Below are positions 11,267-19,788 of a stretch of 64,000 bases of DNA, in pieces. Every line of letters begins with the position of its first letter. Position 1 is the stretch's first letter. The notes under the pieces are model-generated. The model did not search any database. It was not told the origin of the DNA and saw only the letters and a list, made by a program, of their open reading frames with translations. Source of the DNA: a virus (taxonomy: Duplodnaviria > Heunggongvirae > Uroviricota > Caudoviricetes); IMG/VR virus record IMGVR_UViG_3300033463_000062, positions 26,109-90,108 of that record; one strand, given 5' to 3'. Both the position numbers and the translations under genes were made by a program.

Positions 11267-11782
11267 ATGCAATTAGAAACTGTAGTTGATACAAGGAACC
11301 TTAACGGTACTGTATCGACCTCCGAGCTTGACGGACGAGTTGTTACCACAAGAAGTCTCGCGGGAATGGCGGGGCTTGTTGTAATAGACGACGCTTTGTC
11401 GACAACGTCGATGAACCCCGTTCAGAACAAAGTTATAACCGACGCACTTGAAGCGGCAAAGGCGTTATGTGCGGCACCTTATAATAGCTCTGCAACGTAT
11501 GCTGTAGGCGATTATTGCATTTACAATAATATATTATATTGCTGCAACACCGCAATAGCAACGCCCGAGGCGTTCAACGGCTCTCATTGGACTGCGACTA
11601 CTGTCAGCGGCGAGCTGAAAACAGTAAAAAGCACGGTGTCCGGTCTTTGGCAGCCGCCCGCTTCTCCTGTAGCGGACGCTACGTACAGTCTTGTAAACGT
11701 GGTATCAGGCGGCACTCCGTCGTACTCGTGGGCAGAAGCTGTTACGTATGCTGAGCTGCTCGCAAACGAATGGGGCAACTAA
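11267..11782 (+). CDS. tail fibre-related protein sharing a conserved module with Tal
   Basis: RBS AAGGAGG; contains YAVGDYCIYNNILYCCNTAIATPEAFNGSHWT, near-identical in pattern to YAIGDYCIYSGYVYICSTTISTPEAFNLLHWT in the Tal ORF; C-terminus ELLANEWGN. Confidence 0.55.
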   Translation: MQLETVVDTRNLNGTVSTSELDGRVVTTRSLAGMAGLVVIDDALSTTSMNPVQNKVITDALEAAKALCAAPYNSSATYAVGDYCIYNNILYCCNTAIATPEAFNGSHWTATTVSGELKTVKSTVSGLWQPPASPVADATYSLVNVVSGGTPSYSWAEAVTYAELLANEWGN

Positions 11783-11797
11783 GAAAGGGAAACAAAC

Positions 11798-12121
11798 ATG
11801 ATTGTTATAAATGAATTTACGTTCTTCGACAACGCCGCAGCGGAAGGTTATAGCCCGGAACTCACCAACAACTATGGCGAAAGTCTGGTTTTAACCGTAA
11901 CCGGCAACTTTGTCGGAACTATCGAAATCTATGGAAAGAAGAACGACACGGCGTTTAAACTCGCTCTCGTTGATTTACAGACCATAACGATAATTGACGA
12001 TATTACCGCGCCCGGCGCATATACCGTTGTAAGTCCGTATGGTTTTTCTGAAATCGGAGCGGTTATATCGAGCTACACGAGCGGATCTGTAACCGTTACC
12101 GGCAGACTCTGCAAAAGCTGA
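11798..12121 (+). CDS. hypothetical tail protein
   Basis: 107-aa ORF in tail fibre cluster. Confidence 0.45.
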   Translation: MIVINEFTFFDNAAAEGYSPELTNNYGESLVLTVTGNFVGTIEIYGKKNDTAFKLALVDLQTITIIDDITAPGAYTVVSPYGFSEIGAVISSYTSGSVTVTGRLCKS

Positions 12122-12135
12122 GAAGGAGGTATAGA

Positions 12136-12324
12136 ATGTTAGACGACGCTTTATATCTCGCAATGATTGCCAAATCGAACGCGGGTGACATCACAATCGA
12201 AACACTGAACGTCTCGGCAGACGGCACATACAATGCCGGTGTCGGCAAAGCTTATAACCCCGTCATAGTAAATGTTGAAGACGGAGTATATGCAGAACTT
12301 TTAACTAAGAATTGGGGGAATTAA
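12136..12324 (+). CDS. small tail fibre-associated protein
   Basis: RBS GAAGGAGG; 62 aa; C-terminus ELLTKNWGN paralogous to end of 11267..11782. Confidence 0.45.
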   Translation: MLDDALYLAMIAKSNAGDITIETLNVSADGTYNAGVGKAYNPVIVNVEDGVYAELLTKNWGN

Positions 12325-12327
12325 CAT

Positions 12328-14256
12328 ATGCCTACAGATAAAGAAATATTTGAAGAAAAAATGGACGCTCTTGCCGACGCAATTAACGCAAAGTCCGGTT
12401 CGACAGGGGCAAAGAATCTTGACGCGCTTAGAACTACCGTTGAAAATATAAGCGTGGTCGACGAGGGAGCGATAGCCCCCGAATATGACGAGACTGTCGC
12501 GTATCAAATTGGCATTTTATTTTCATACGCCGGAAAATTGTATTACACAATAAAGAGCGCGCCTGCAGGGACTTCTCCGACAAACACAACGTATTTCCGC
12601 GAAGCGAGCGTTGCGGGCGACTTTATTTCCATTATAAAGATAACCGACACGGCGATTACGCTTGGCGACGTCAACAGCATTCTTAACGGAACGGGCGGTA
12701 TCAACCCGAGAGGGCTACATATAATGTTTGACGTCGGTGCGCTCGGCGCGTCAATGTATCTCTGCACGATTTATCTTGACACTACGACCAACGTATACAA
12801 GATATTCGACCTCGTTCTCGGCAGAGTTGCAGAAGGAACTTACGACGCCACAAAACTTCTGACGATGTGCATCGCTAACGCTGACGTCATTGCAACACAG
12901 CATCAGATAGACGCTTTGCAGAAAGAAATAAATGACCTCGGCGGCAAAACCGTTGTAGAGGACTGGGACAAGCTCGGCGATATGATTAAAGACGGCACGT
13001 CAACAAACGTCGTGAGCGCAGGCGATATAACTGACATCAACTGGATAGCGACTGTTATAGGTTCTACGACGAACGGTCTGACGGTCTCTTGCTCCAACAT
13101 AGACACGTTTGCTAACGGCATCGGAGAGGCAGAAGCAAAGACCTATCTGTTTGTATACAACGGCAGCGCGTGGACTTACAACGAACAGGCTGTCAACCTC
13201 GCAGATTACGCTATCACCGTGTCGGGAACTCCCGCAACGGGCGAGGTTATGACGATACAGACCACCGTTACGACCCGTTCCTACACCTTTACAGGATACG
13301 ACGACGTCGAAGCAGTCGACGCAAATGTGCCGCACAACTGGCTTATGGAACAGACTTACGCGCCCGATACAAAAACGTATGACGCTATCGAGGCTTGCAT
13401 GGTTCTCGCACAGGGCAAAACGCTTGCCGCGGGCAGCTATTACTGGTCGGCTCATTTGCAAGGCAGCGACAGTTTACAGACGAGATACTTTACGATATCT
13501 GCCGCTATAACCGCAATAAACGCGGACATTCAGTTTGCTCCGACCGCAACGAACTGGACTTCGCCGTATGTACCGACAAGCATGACGCCTTACTACAAAG
13601 GACAGACGACCGCTCTCGGCTCTGCTATCGCATTAAGCGCGGATGAAATATCCGGCGCGGTTGACGTTTCTACTGTCGACGGCGTATCTGTTCACGATTC
13701 GATTTATCAAATGGCATTCGGCTCTAACTGTTGGGCAAACTCCAATATAAGACAATGGCTCAACGATGATACGACAGGCACGTTTGTCGCAAAATCTGCT
13801 TGGGACAGACCGAGCGGATATAACTACGGCGCAGGCTTCCTGTTCGGTATTGATCCGAGAGTAAAGGCGTTGATTCAGCCCGCAAAGGTCAAGTGGACTG
13901 CCGGATATAACGCGGAAGGTTATACACAAGGTACGACGTATACTGCCGAAGATAAAGCGTTTCTGCTTTCGATGAAAGAAATGTCGTTCAATATAAATAC
14001 GGCAGAAGGTGAAATCAGCGATTTGTATGGAGAGTACACCAACAACACCCTTACAAACGATGCGGTTGCCGCCAGAGCGAAGTATAACAAAGCTGGTGGT
14101 ACGTTGAACTCGTATAGATGGTCTCGTTCGGCTAGCACTTCCCTCGCCAACTACGCTGGTATCGTCACATCGACTGGCACTAATGACGGCAGCAACGCGG
14201 GCCTCGCGCTCTACGTCGCTCCCGCTTTCATCATAGGCAAATCGACTAATCCGTAA
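12328..14256 (+). CDS. DGR target protein (putative receptor-binding tail fibre) with C-terminal variable repeat
   Basis: 642-aa ORF whose last ~38 codons (14121..14234) are the VR copy of the adenine-rich TR at 14829..14942; located in tail fibre cluster. Confidence 0.8.
   Translation: MPTDKEIFEEKMDALADAINAKSGSTGAKNLDALRTTVENISVVDEGAIAPEYDETVAYQIGILFSYAGKLYYTIKSAPAGTSPTNTTYFREASVAGDFISIIKITDTAITLGDVNSILNGTGGINPRGLHIMFDVGALGASMYLCTIYLDTTTNVYKIFDLVLGRVAEGTYDATKLLTMCIANADVIATQHQIDALQKEINDLGGKTVVEDWDKLGDMIKDGTSTNVVSAGDITDINWIATVIGSTTNGLTVSCSNIDTFANGIGEAEAKTYLFVYNGSAWTYNEQAVNLADYAITVSGTPATGEVMTIQTTVTTRSYTFTGYDDVEAVDANVPHNWLMEQTYAPDTKTYDAIEACMVLAQGKTLAAGSYYWSAHLQGSDSLQTRYFTISAAITAINADIQFAPTATNWTSPYVPTSMTPYYKGQTTALGSAIALSADEISGAVDVSTVDGVSVHDSIYQMAFGSNCWANSNIRQWLNDDTTGTFVAKSAWDRPSGYNYGAGFLFGIDPRVKALIQPAKVKWTAGYNAEGYTQGTTYTAEDKAFLLSMKEMSFNINTAEGEISDLYGEYTNNTLTNDAVAARAKYNKAGGTLNSYRWSRSASTSLANYAGIVTSTGTNDGSNAGLALYVAPAFIIGKSTNP
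14121..14234 (+). repeat. DGR variable repeat (VR)
   Basis: 114-nt gapless match to TR; 19 mismatches of which 17 correspond to adenines in TR (TR AAC codons become AGC, CTC, TAC, GGC, ATC etc. in VR). Confidence 0.85.
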
Positions 14257-14281
14257 TCGGGAGGGCATTCAGCCCTCCCCC
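14257..14281 (+). promoter_or_regulatory. GC-rich inverted repeat (GGGAGGGC-ATTC-AGCCCTCCC) immediately 3' of VR; candidate DGR target-recognition hairpin/cruciform
   Basis: perfect 8-bp GC stem with 4-nt loop starting 1 nt after target gene stop; no T-tract so not a typical terminator; analogous elements flank VR in characterised DGRs. Confidence 0.5.
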
Positions 14282-14296
14282 AACGAGGAATAAACT

Positions 14297-14773
14297 ATGG
14301 CTCAAAGAGTTGATGAAAGAGACCCAACAAGGGTAGAGTTAGACTGCTATAACAAAATATTAAAATTAAACGATCATGTGATGAGCGTTTGTAAACCGAA
14401 AGACAAAAATGTCAACAATCATCACATACCGAAAAAGAATACTGGCATCGGTAAAATACTTATGGAAACGTGCGTTGAGTGCGGCGCGGATATACTTGAA
14501 GCGAACGAGAACTTTTACGTAGGCAAGAATATTGACCGCAAAACGAGACTTGCAAACTATGAAGAAAGAATAAAGCTCCAAAAACACGCTATCCGCTTAA
14601 CGTATCGTATGGAACATATAGTACGGGTTCTCCATTTTAATCAGCCGTTCGCGGAAAGTACGATAAAGTATTTAATGGACTTGCTTTGCGAAGCAAGAGC
14701 GATGTTGATTAACTGGAGAGATTCGGATATTAAAATGTCAAAGCAACTCGCTGACGAAATAAAAGGCGAGTGA
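14297..14773 (+). CDS. DGR accessory variability determinant (Avd)-like protein
   Basis: 158-aa basic, predicted helical ORF located between VR and TR, the canonical position of avd in target-avd-TR-RT cassettes. Confidence 0.5.
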   Translation: MAQRVDERDPTRVELDCYNKILKLNDHVMSVCKPKDKNVNNHHIPKKNTGIGKILMETCVECGADILEANENFYVGKNIDRKTRLANYEERIKLQKHAIRLTYRMEHIVRVLHFNQPFAESTIKYLMDLLCEARAMLINWRDSDIKMSKQLADEIKGE

Positions 14774-14828
14774 TTTGAAGGCTCATTGTTGATGATGTGA
14801 GTGGGGCAAGTTGTTTGCATTTCTCTGT

Positions 14829-14942
14829 GTCTCGTTCGGCTAACACTTCCAACGCCAACAACGCAAGGAACGTCACATCTACTGGCACTAATGACAACAA
14901 CAACGCGAACAACGCGAACTACGTCGCTCCCGATTTTATTTC
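14829..14942 (+). repeat. DGR template repeat (TR)
   Basis: non-coding copy of VR, contains 9 AAC triplets in the VR reading frame; lies 54 nt upstream of RT start. Confidence 0.85.
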
Positions 14943-14995
14943 CATATATTCGTATGACCTGATGTTAGTAGCCGCAAATTATAAGGTGAAAACCC

Positions 14996-16051
14996 GTGTC
15001 GATAAATGAAAATAAAAGGAACAATGAACCTGCCGAAAGGCAAATAGAAGCCGCGGACGAACGATCCGTGTGCGGGCTTAACGCCCTGTTGGCTGCGGAA
15101 ACGAGAGCGCATCGCCACGTAGGCTATAAAAACAGCGTCTCCCGTTTCCATATGCTGACAATGTCTAAATGCAACGCTCTGTCGAACAGTTTGAAGGATA
15201 GAACATATCAGCCGAAGAAGGGCGAAATGCACGAAGTGTTTGAGCCTAAATACAGGATGACAATATCTTCCAAATATTGCGACAGGGTGCCGCAATCCAG
15301 TTTTGTAATCAATTACTTTTATCCCAAAGTCGTGAGCCAACTCATTCCGCATAATTGTGCTTGCATGAAAAACAAGGGTGTTGACTATGCGAGAAACGAG
15401 TTTAAGAAAATGCTCCGTAATGCGTCTTATGACGATTATTGTCTTAAAGCGGATATGAAAAGTTACTTTGCTTCTATTCGTCACGACAAACTTACAGAAG
15501 AACTCGGAGAGTTTATAACTGACGATTTTGCCATGTGGTTCTTTCTGAAAACGGTTGATAATACCAATAAACCAACCGGGCTTGATTTGGGCAGCGAGGT
15601 TTATCAGTTATCGGCTACAAGTTTTCTCAACAAGTTAGACCACGCGATAGGAAACGAACAGTATATTCGCTATCAAGACGACCTTGTATTTATAGGCACA
15701 CACGAGCAATGTCTGCAAATTCTGTCGATGATAGAGCAGGAGACGGAAAGGCTGAACCTTACAATTTCAAGAAAGAAAACGTATATTCAGTCGGTGTCAA
15801 GACCTATACACTTTTTGGGGTTTAGTTTTTGGAAACATGAAACAGGAAAGATCACAGTCAAAAGACTGCCGCAGAAAATTCGCAACGAGCGGAGAAAACT
15901 GCGCCATATGGTGAACAAAAATGTTCCCATAGAAAATGTAAAAATCCATTATCAATCGGTTAGAGCGTGTTTAAAATACGGAGCAAGAGCCGACTTGACT
16001 AAAATGGACAACTATATCAATAAATTATTCGGAGGAATAAAAAATGGTTGA
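14996..16051 (+). CDS. DGR reverse transcriptase
   Basis: 351 aa; RT motifs including GLDLGSEVYQLSA (DGR-type LGxxxSQ-like motif 4) and YQDD catalytic box; adjacent to TR. Confidence 0.85.
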   Translation: MSINENKRNNEPAERQIEAADERSVCGLNALLAAETRAHRHVGYKNSVSRFHMLTMSKCNALSNSLKDRTYQPKKGEMHEVFEPKYRMTISSKYCDRVPQSSFVINYFYPKVVSQLIPHNCACMKNKGVDYARNEFKKMLRNASYDDYCLKADMKSYFASIRHDKLTEELGEFITDDFAMWFFLKTVDNTNKPTGLDLGSEVYQLSATSFLNKLDHAIGNEQYIRYQDDLVFIGTHEQCLQILSMIEQETERLNLTISRKKTYIQSVSRPIHFLGFSFWKHETGKITVKRLPQKIRNERRKLRHMVNKNVPIENVKIHYQSVRACLKYGARADLTKMDNYINKLFGGIKNG

Positions 16052-16304
16052 AATCAGAAAAGGCGATTGGGCTAACGAACAAATCCAGAAGTCAAAGGAT
16101 TTGAAGCTCGGTCTTGTTTCGGAAGCGTCGCAGGAAGAAACGGAAATAGAACTGCTTATCCGTGAAAACTATTCTCTGTCACAGGAACTCGCCCTCCATC
16201 GTAAAAAGGCTATGGGTATTGTTGACGAAGCCGAGTGGGACACATACGTTGCCTACGTGCAGGCTTGCATTGACAGAGTAAGAGACAAAGACGAGCAGAG
16301 ATAA
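16044..16304 (+). CDS. hypothetical protein
   Basis: 86-aa ORF overlapping RT stop by 8 nt. Confidence 0.4.
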   Translation: MVEIRKGDWANEQIQKSKDLKLGLVSEASQEETEIELLIRENYSLSQELALHRKKAMGIVDEAEWDTYVAYVQACIDRVRDKDEQR

Positions 16305-16435
16305 GCCGCAATAAAAGCTGGCTTTTATAATGTGTGAATAAGTAATGCTAATTCGCAGTAGTGACTTTTTCGGTGTAGCGAGGGCAATTCGCCAAAGTAA
16401 TAAACCGAAACACCAAAGAAATGAGGTAAAACAAC

Positions 16436-16675
16436 GTGGAAAAAATACAGTTGAAAAACGGCTTCATTGAGCTCAAGTCGCCCGGTGGAGTCAAAGACAC
16501 GAGAACAGGCGTGGTTCACCCTGCTGTAATTTGCGACAAATCTAAGGAAGAGTTCTTCGTAGACGCAGTAGAACAGCAGCCCGCTGAAGAAGTGGTCGAC
16601 GATCCGGTCGAAGAAGCAGCCGAAGAGCCTGTTGAGCAGCCCAAGAAGGGCAAGAAGAAAGCGAGTGCGAAATAA
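16436..16675 (+). CDS. hypothetical acidic Pro/Glu-rich protein
   Basis: 79-aa ORF ending at start of the peptidase gene (ATGA overlap). Confidence 0.4.
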   Translation: MEKIQLKNGFIELKSPGGVKDTRTGVVHPAVICDKSKEEFFVDAVEQQPAEEVVDDPVEEAAEEPVEQPKKGKKKASAK

Positions 16676-17277
16676 TGGGACGCGCATTAGGATTAGACCA
16701 GTGCCCGGTGTTTGTGGAAAAAGGTGATGCATACGTCACCACCGAGTTTGGTAAAGACATACCTAATTATCCAACGACAGGCAAAACCGGAGACCACTGG
16801 GGACTTGATATTGTCCGTAGAGTAAACAACTCCAACACCACTGCAACGGTTTGCGCTCTTGCTGACGGTATAATATATGCCCAGAGAAAGTATGTTAAGG
16901 ACGGCGAGAAAACCCCGTCTGGCGGCAACTGCGTGTATATAAGACACAGTAATGGCAAAGTCACAAAATATTTGCACTTCAAGCAGGATTCAGTTCCGTC
17001 TTGGGTAAAAGACAATGTCCCCGTCAAAAAGGGACAGGTCATAGGATATATGGGGAACACAGGCAATTCTTACGGAGCCCACTTGCATTTTCAGGTAGAA
17101 GACAAAGACGGGAATCCGATTGACCCTGAACCGTATTTGACCGGCAAAAAAATTATAGACAAAGACGAAGATTTGTACGAGGTGCATATCGGAGAATTCA
17201 AGACTGAAGCAGCAGCAAAAAGCATGCAGTCGGCTTTGAAAGTCTTGGGTACGCAGAGTACAATCGTTAAAAAGTAA
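16675..17277 (+). CDS. M23 family metallopeptidase (putative endolysin) with C-terminal SPOR-like region
   Basis: HxxxD (GDHWGLDI) and HxH (GAHLHFQV) zinc-binding motifs of LytM/M23 peptidases; followed by holin-like ORFs. Confidence 0.75.
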   Translation: MGRALGLDQCPVFVEKGDAYVTTEFGKDIPNYPTTGKTGDHWGLDIVRRVNNSNTTATVCALADGIIYAQRKYVKDGEKTPSGGNCVYIRHSNGKVTKYLHFKQDSVPSWVKDNVPVKKGQVIGYMGNTGNSYGAHLHFQVEDKDGNPIDPEPYLTGKKIIDKDEDLYEVHIGEFKTEAAAKSMQSALKVLGTQSTIVKK

Positions 17278-17292
17278 GAAAGGTGTGAATCT

Positions 17293-17637
17293 ATGAAGAA
17301 ATATCTTACGGGTATTGACTGGAAAGATTTAGCCGAAAGAGCCTTGTGGACATTCGTCGAAGCAGCGCTCGCATCTCTGCCCATAACCCTTTCGTTGGAA
17401 ATGGACGGCGCCGCGTGGAAATCAATTCTGTTTTCAGCAGCCGTCAGCGGTTTGTCTGCATTAAAGACGTTCATCATTGACATTGCGAGACAGCGTCTTG
17501 AGCAGAAGAAGGCAGAAGCTCTTGAGGAGGAGCAGGAAGCGGAAGAAGAAAGCCGCTTACATCTTGAAGAGCTTAAACGCAAAGATGCACTTAACGCTAT
17601 CAATTACGACGGAGAAAACGAGGCTGAAGGCAAATGA
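17293..17637 (+). CDS. holin-like membrane protein
   Basis: 114 aa with two hydrophobic segments and charged C-terminal tail, directly after endolysin-like gene. Confidence 0.5.
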   Translation: MKKYLTGIDWKDLAERALWTFVEAALASLPITLSLEMDGAAWKSILFSAAVSGLSALKTFIIDIARQRLEQKKAEALEEEQEAEEESRLHLEELKRKDALNAINYDGENEAEGK

Positions 17638-18041
17638 ATGAAGGGACACTGATAACTATACTACTTGCATTTCTGTCAGGTGGCGGTGTAGGTGTTGCTG
17701 TTATTGGTCTCTTCAAAGACAGGTTCGATTTCAAGCGTAAGCGCAAAGCTGCCATTGAAGACCGCGAATATAACAAAATCATCGAGCAGCAACAGCTCAT
17801 ACTTGACCAACAGAAGCTTCAGGGAGAAGAACTGAAGGCTCAAGGCGAGGGCGTGAGATTTCTGTTATACGACAAGATTAAATACTTAGGACAGGAATAC
17901 GTCAAAAAGAATGAGGTCTCGTTCGAAGACAGAAAGAATTTACATAAAGCCCATAACGTATATCACAACGGACTACACGGTAATGGGGATTTAGACGGTA
18001 TAATGAAAAACGTCGACGACCTTCCGTTGAAAGTAAAATAA
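17634..18041 (+). CDS. membrane-anchored protein (holin/spanin-like)
   Basis: 135 aa, N-terminal TM helix (ITILLAFLSGGGVGVAVIGLF), coiled-coil middle; last + strand gene before terminator. Confidence 0.45.
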   Translation: MNEGTLITILLAFLSGGGVGVAVIGLFKDRFDFKRKRKAAIEDREYNKIIEQQQLILDQQKLQGEELKAQGEGVRFLLYDKIKYLGQEYVKKNEVSFEDRKNLHKAHNVYHNGLHGNGDLDGIMKNVDDLPLKVK

Positions 18042-18043
18042 AA

Positions 18044-18078
18044 AAAGGCACTCCGATCGGAGTGCCTAAATTTTTGCC
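18044..18078. terminator. bidirectional rho-independent terminator between convergent modules
   Basis: AAAAAAAGGCACTCCGATCGGAGTGCCTAAATTTTTG: 8-bp GC-rich hairpin flanked by A-run and T-run, sits between + strand stop (18041) and - strand stop (18084). Confidence 0.75.
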
Positions 18079-18083
18079 CTAAA

Positions 18084-19292
18084 TCATTCGCCGTCGGTAT
18101 TTTTGTAGTTATATACAGGACGTATTTTCTTTAGGATTTCCACGGTTGGTTCGATATTATCTACGATATCTGACATTGATTTGTATGCCATTGGCGATTC
18201 ATCTAACGTGTTAAAGCACACAGACGTGCTATACACTTTTGACATTCTTTCCTTGTATTCGTCAAGTGAAAGAGACTGCTTCGCGCTGCTCCTGCTTAAA
18301 ATCCTTCCGGCGCCATGTGGTGCCGAGCAGTTCCAATCGGGATTTCCTTTGCCTCGGCAAATCAGACTACCTTCTGCCATATTTATGGGTATAAGCAGAA
18401 TCTCTCCATTGTGTGCAGATACGGCTCCTTTGCGTAATACGTTGTCGTGAATATAATTGTGTCTCGTGGTGAATATGCTTATAGGATCAAACCCCATGTG
18501 GCTTCTGATTATTTCAAACATATCGTATCTATTTTCGTCAGCATAGTCCTGCACAATTTCCATATCGTGTAGATAATCGCGCATATCGTTTCCTGTAAGA
18601 TATGCCAACTCTCGTTGTACTTTTGGCTTTTCTGAATGATAACGCTTAAGCGTGCCTTCAATTTCAGATTGACGCCCCTCTTTCTTGAGCTGTTCGATAA
18701 TTGCTTTGATTTCGTTATATTTGACATCGTCATTAAGGCGTCTATACGCCAAATCCTGATAGTATTCGCACACCTGTTTCCCGAGATATCTGCTGCCAGA
18801 GTGTATAACGAGATATTTTGCTCCATTGTCGTCTTCGTCAACTTCGATAAAGTGGTTTCCGCCGCCTAAGGTTCCGAGTGATAGCATCGCACGGTCGAGA
18901 TTTATGCTATCTTTGCATATTAAATTTTCAAGTATCTTTCTGAAGTGTTGAGAGCGTTCGTAAACTTCGTTTCTGATGTTCATACCTGACGGAATATGTT
19001 GTCTGATCGTCTCGTCGAGTTTTTTAAAGTAGATTTCAGTTGTGTTTAACCCAACTGTCAGCATACCGCATCCGATATCAACTCCGACTAAGTTGGGGAC
19101 AACGTAGTCGTGTATTGTCATAGTTGTTCCTATCGTGCAGCCTGCCCCTGCGTGAATGTCGGGCATCATTCGAATTTTTGAATCTTTAACGAACGGCTGA
19201 TTCAGCAAATTCAGCACCTGTTTTATAGACTCCTCATCAACGCAGTCTGTAAAGATTTTTGCGTTGTTGTATTTTCCTGTAAGTTCTAACAT
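18084..19292 (-). CDS. rtcB: RtcB-family RNA 3'-phosphate/5'-OH ligase
   Basis: 402 aa with MPDIHAGAGC, GGNHF and HGAGR motifs characteristic of RtcB metal/GMP-binding sites. Confidence 0.8.
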   Translation of the reverse strand: MLELTGKYNNAKIFTDCVDEESIKQVLNLLNQPFVKDSKIRMMPDIHAGAGCTIGTTMTIHDYVVPNLVGVDIGCGMLTVGLNTTEIYFKKLDETIRQHIPSGMNIRNEVYERSQHFRKILENLICKDSINLDRAMLSLGTLGGGNHFIEVDEDDNGAKYLVIHSGSRYLGKQVCEYYQDLAYRRLNDDVKYNEIKAIIEQLKKEGRQSEIEGTLKRYHSEKPKVQRELAYLTGNDMRDYLHDMEIVQDYADENRYDMFEIIRSHMGFDPISIFTTRHNYIHDNVLRKGAVSAHNGEILLIPINMAEGSLICRGKGNPDWNCSAPHGAGRILSRSSAKQSLSLDEYKERMSKVYSTSVCFNTLDESPMAYKSMSDIVDNIEPTVEILKKIRPVYNYKNTDGE

Positions 19293-19488
19293 TAGAAGCC
19301 TCCGGTTCTATTTGATTTGAGCGAACAACGCGGATGCTGCGGCTTGCCGCGACCCCTTTGTTTATTAAACTTGCCTGATTGCAAGTTTAATGAAAATTTT
19401 CCTACGTCACATTGCTATAGTTCCGATAAAACCGAAACCAGACTTTCGTCTAATCATTTGCCATTCGCGTTGTCGCTCATTTACCTAC

Positions 19489-19788
19489 TTATTCGGTAGG
19501 TATTTTTTCTATCTCGTGTTTGAGATAAAACATTGCTTTGCTTAAATCTTCTTTCTTCTTTTTGGGGTCTTTCTTCCCTGCTCTCGAGATATATTTCGCA
19601 ACATTCCCGAGGCAGAAGTCCAGTCCCCAAGCGTCAATAACTTTGATTGCTTCATACGGATTGTCCTCCCCGCCGTAATATGACGGGTGATCAACCGCGT
19701 TGGATGTTCCGAACATCGGTGTTTCATAAATCGTTCCCACATTGGGCTCGTCTATAGTCGCGTTGTCCGATAATACTCCGTTATCCAT
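19489..19788 (-). CDS. DUF3310-like small phage protein
   Basis: 99 aa with HPSYYGG...IDAWGLDFCLGNVAKYISRAGKK signature typical of this conserved phage family; start may be internal Met (19716). Confidence 0.5.
   Translation of the reverse strand: MDNGVLSDNATIDEPNVGTIYETPMFGTSNAVDHPSYYGGEDNPYEAIKVIDAWGLDFCLGNVAKYISRAGKKDPKKKKEDLSKAMFYLKHEIEKIPTE

Noticed and set aside
16325-16760. Minus-strand ORFs 16325..16732 and 16542..16760
   Set aside because: Overlap co-directional plus-strand genes (16436..16675, M23 peptidase); no independent support.
19317-19499. 60-aa plus-strand ORF and a CCTAC-loop-GTAGG-TTTTTT hairpin in the RtcB/DUF3310 intergenic gap
   Set aside because: The ORF lacks an RBS and is Cys/Leu-rich noise; the hairpin would terminate plus-direction transcription but no plus-strand gene precedes it. 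Left unannotated.
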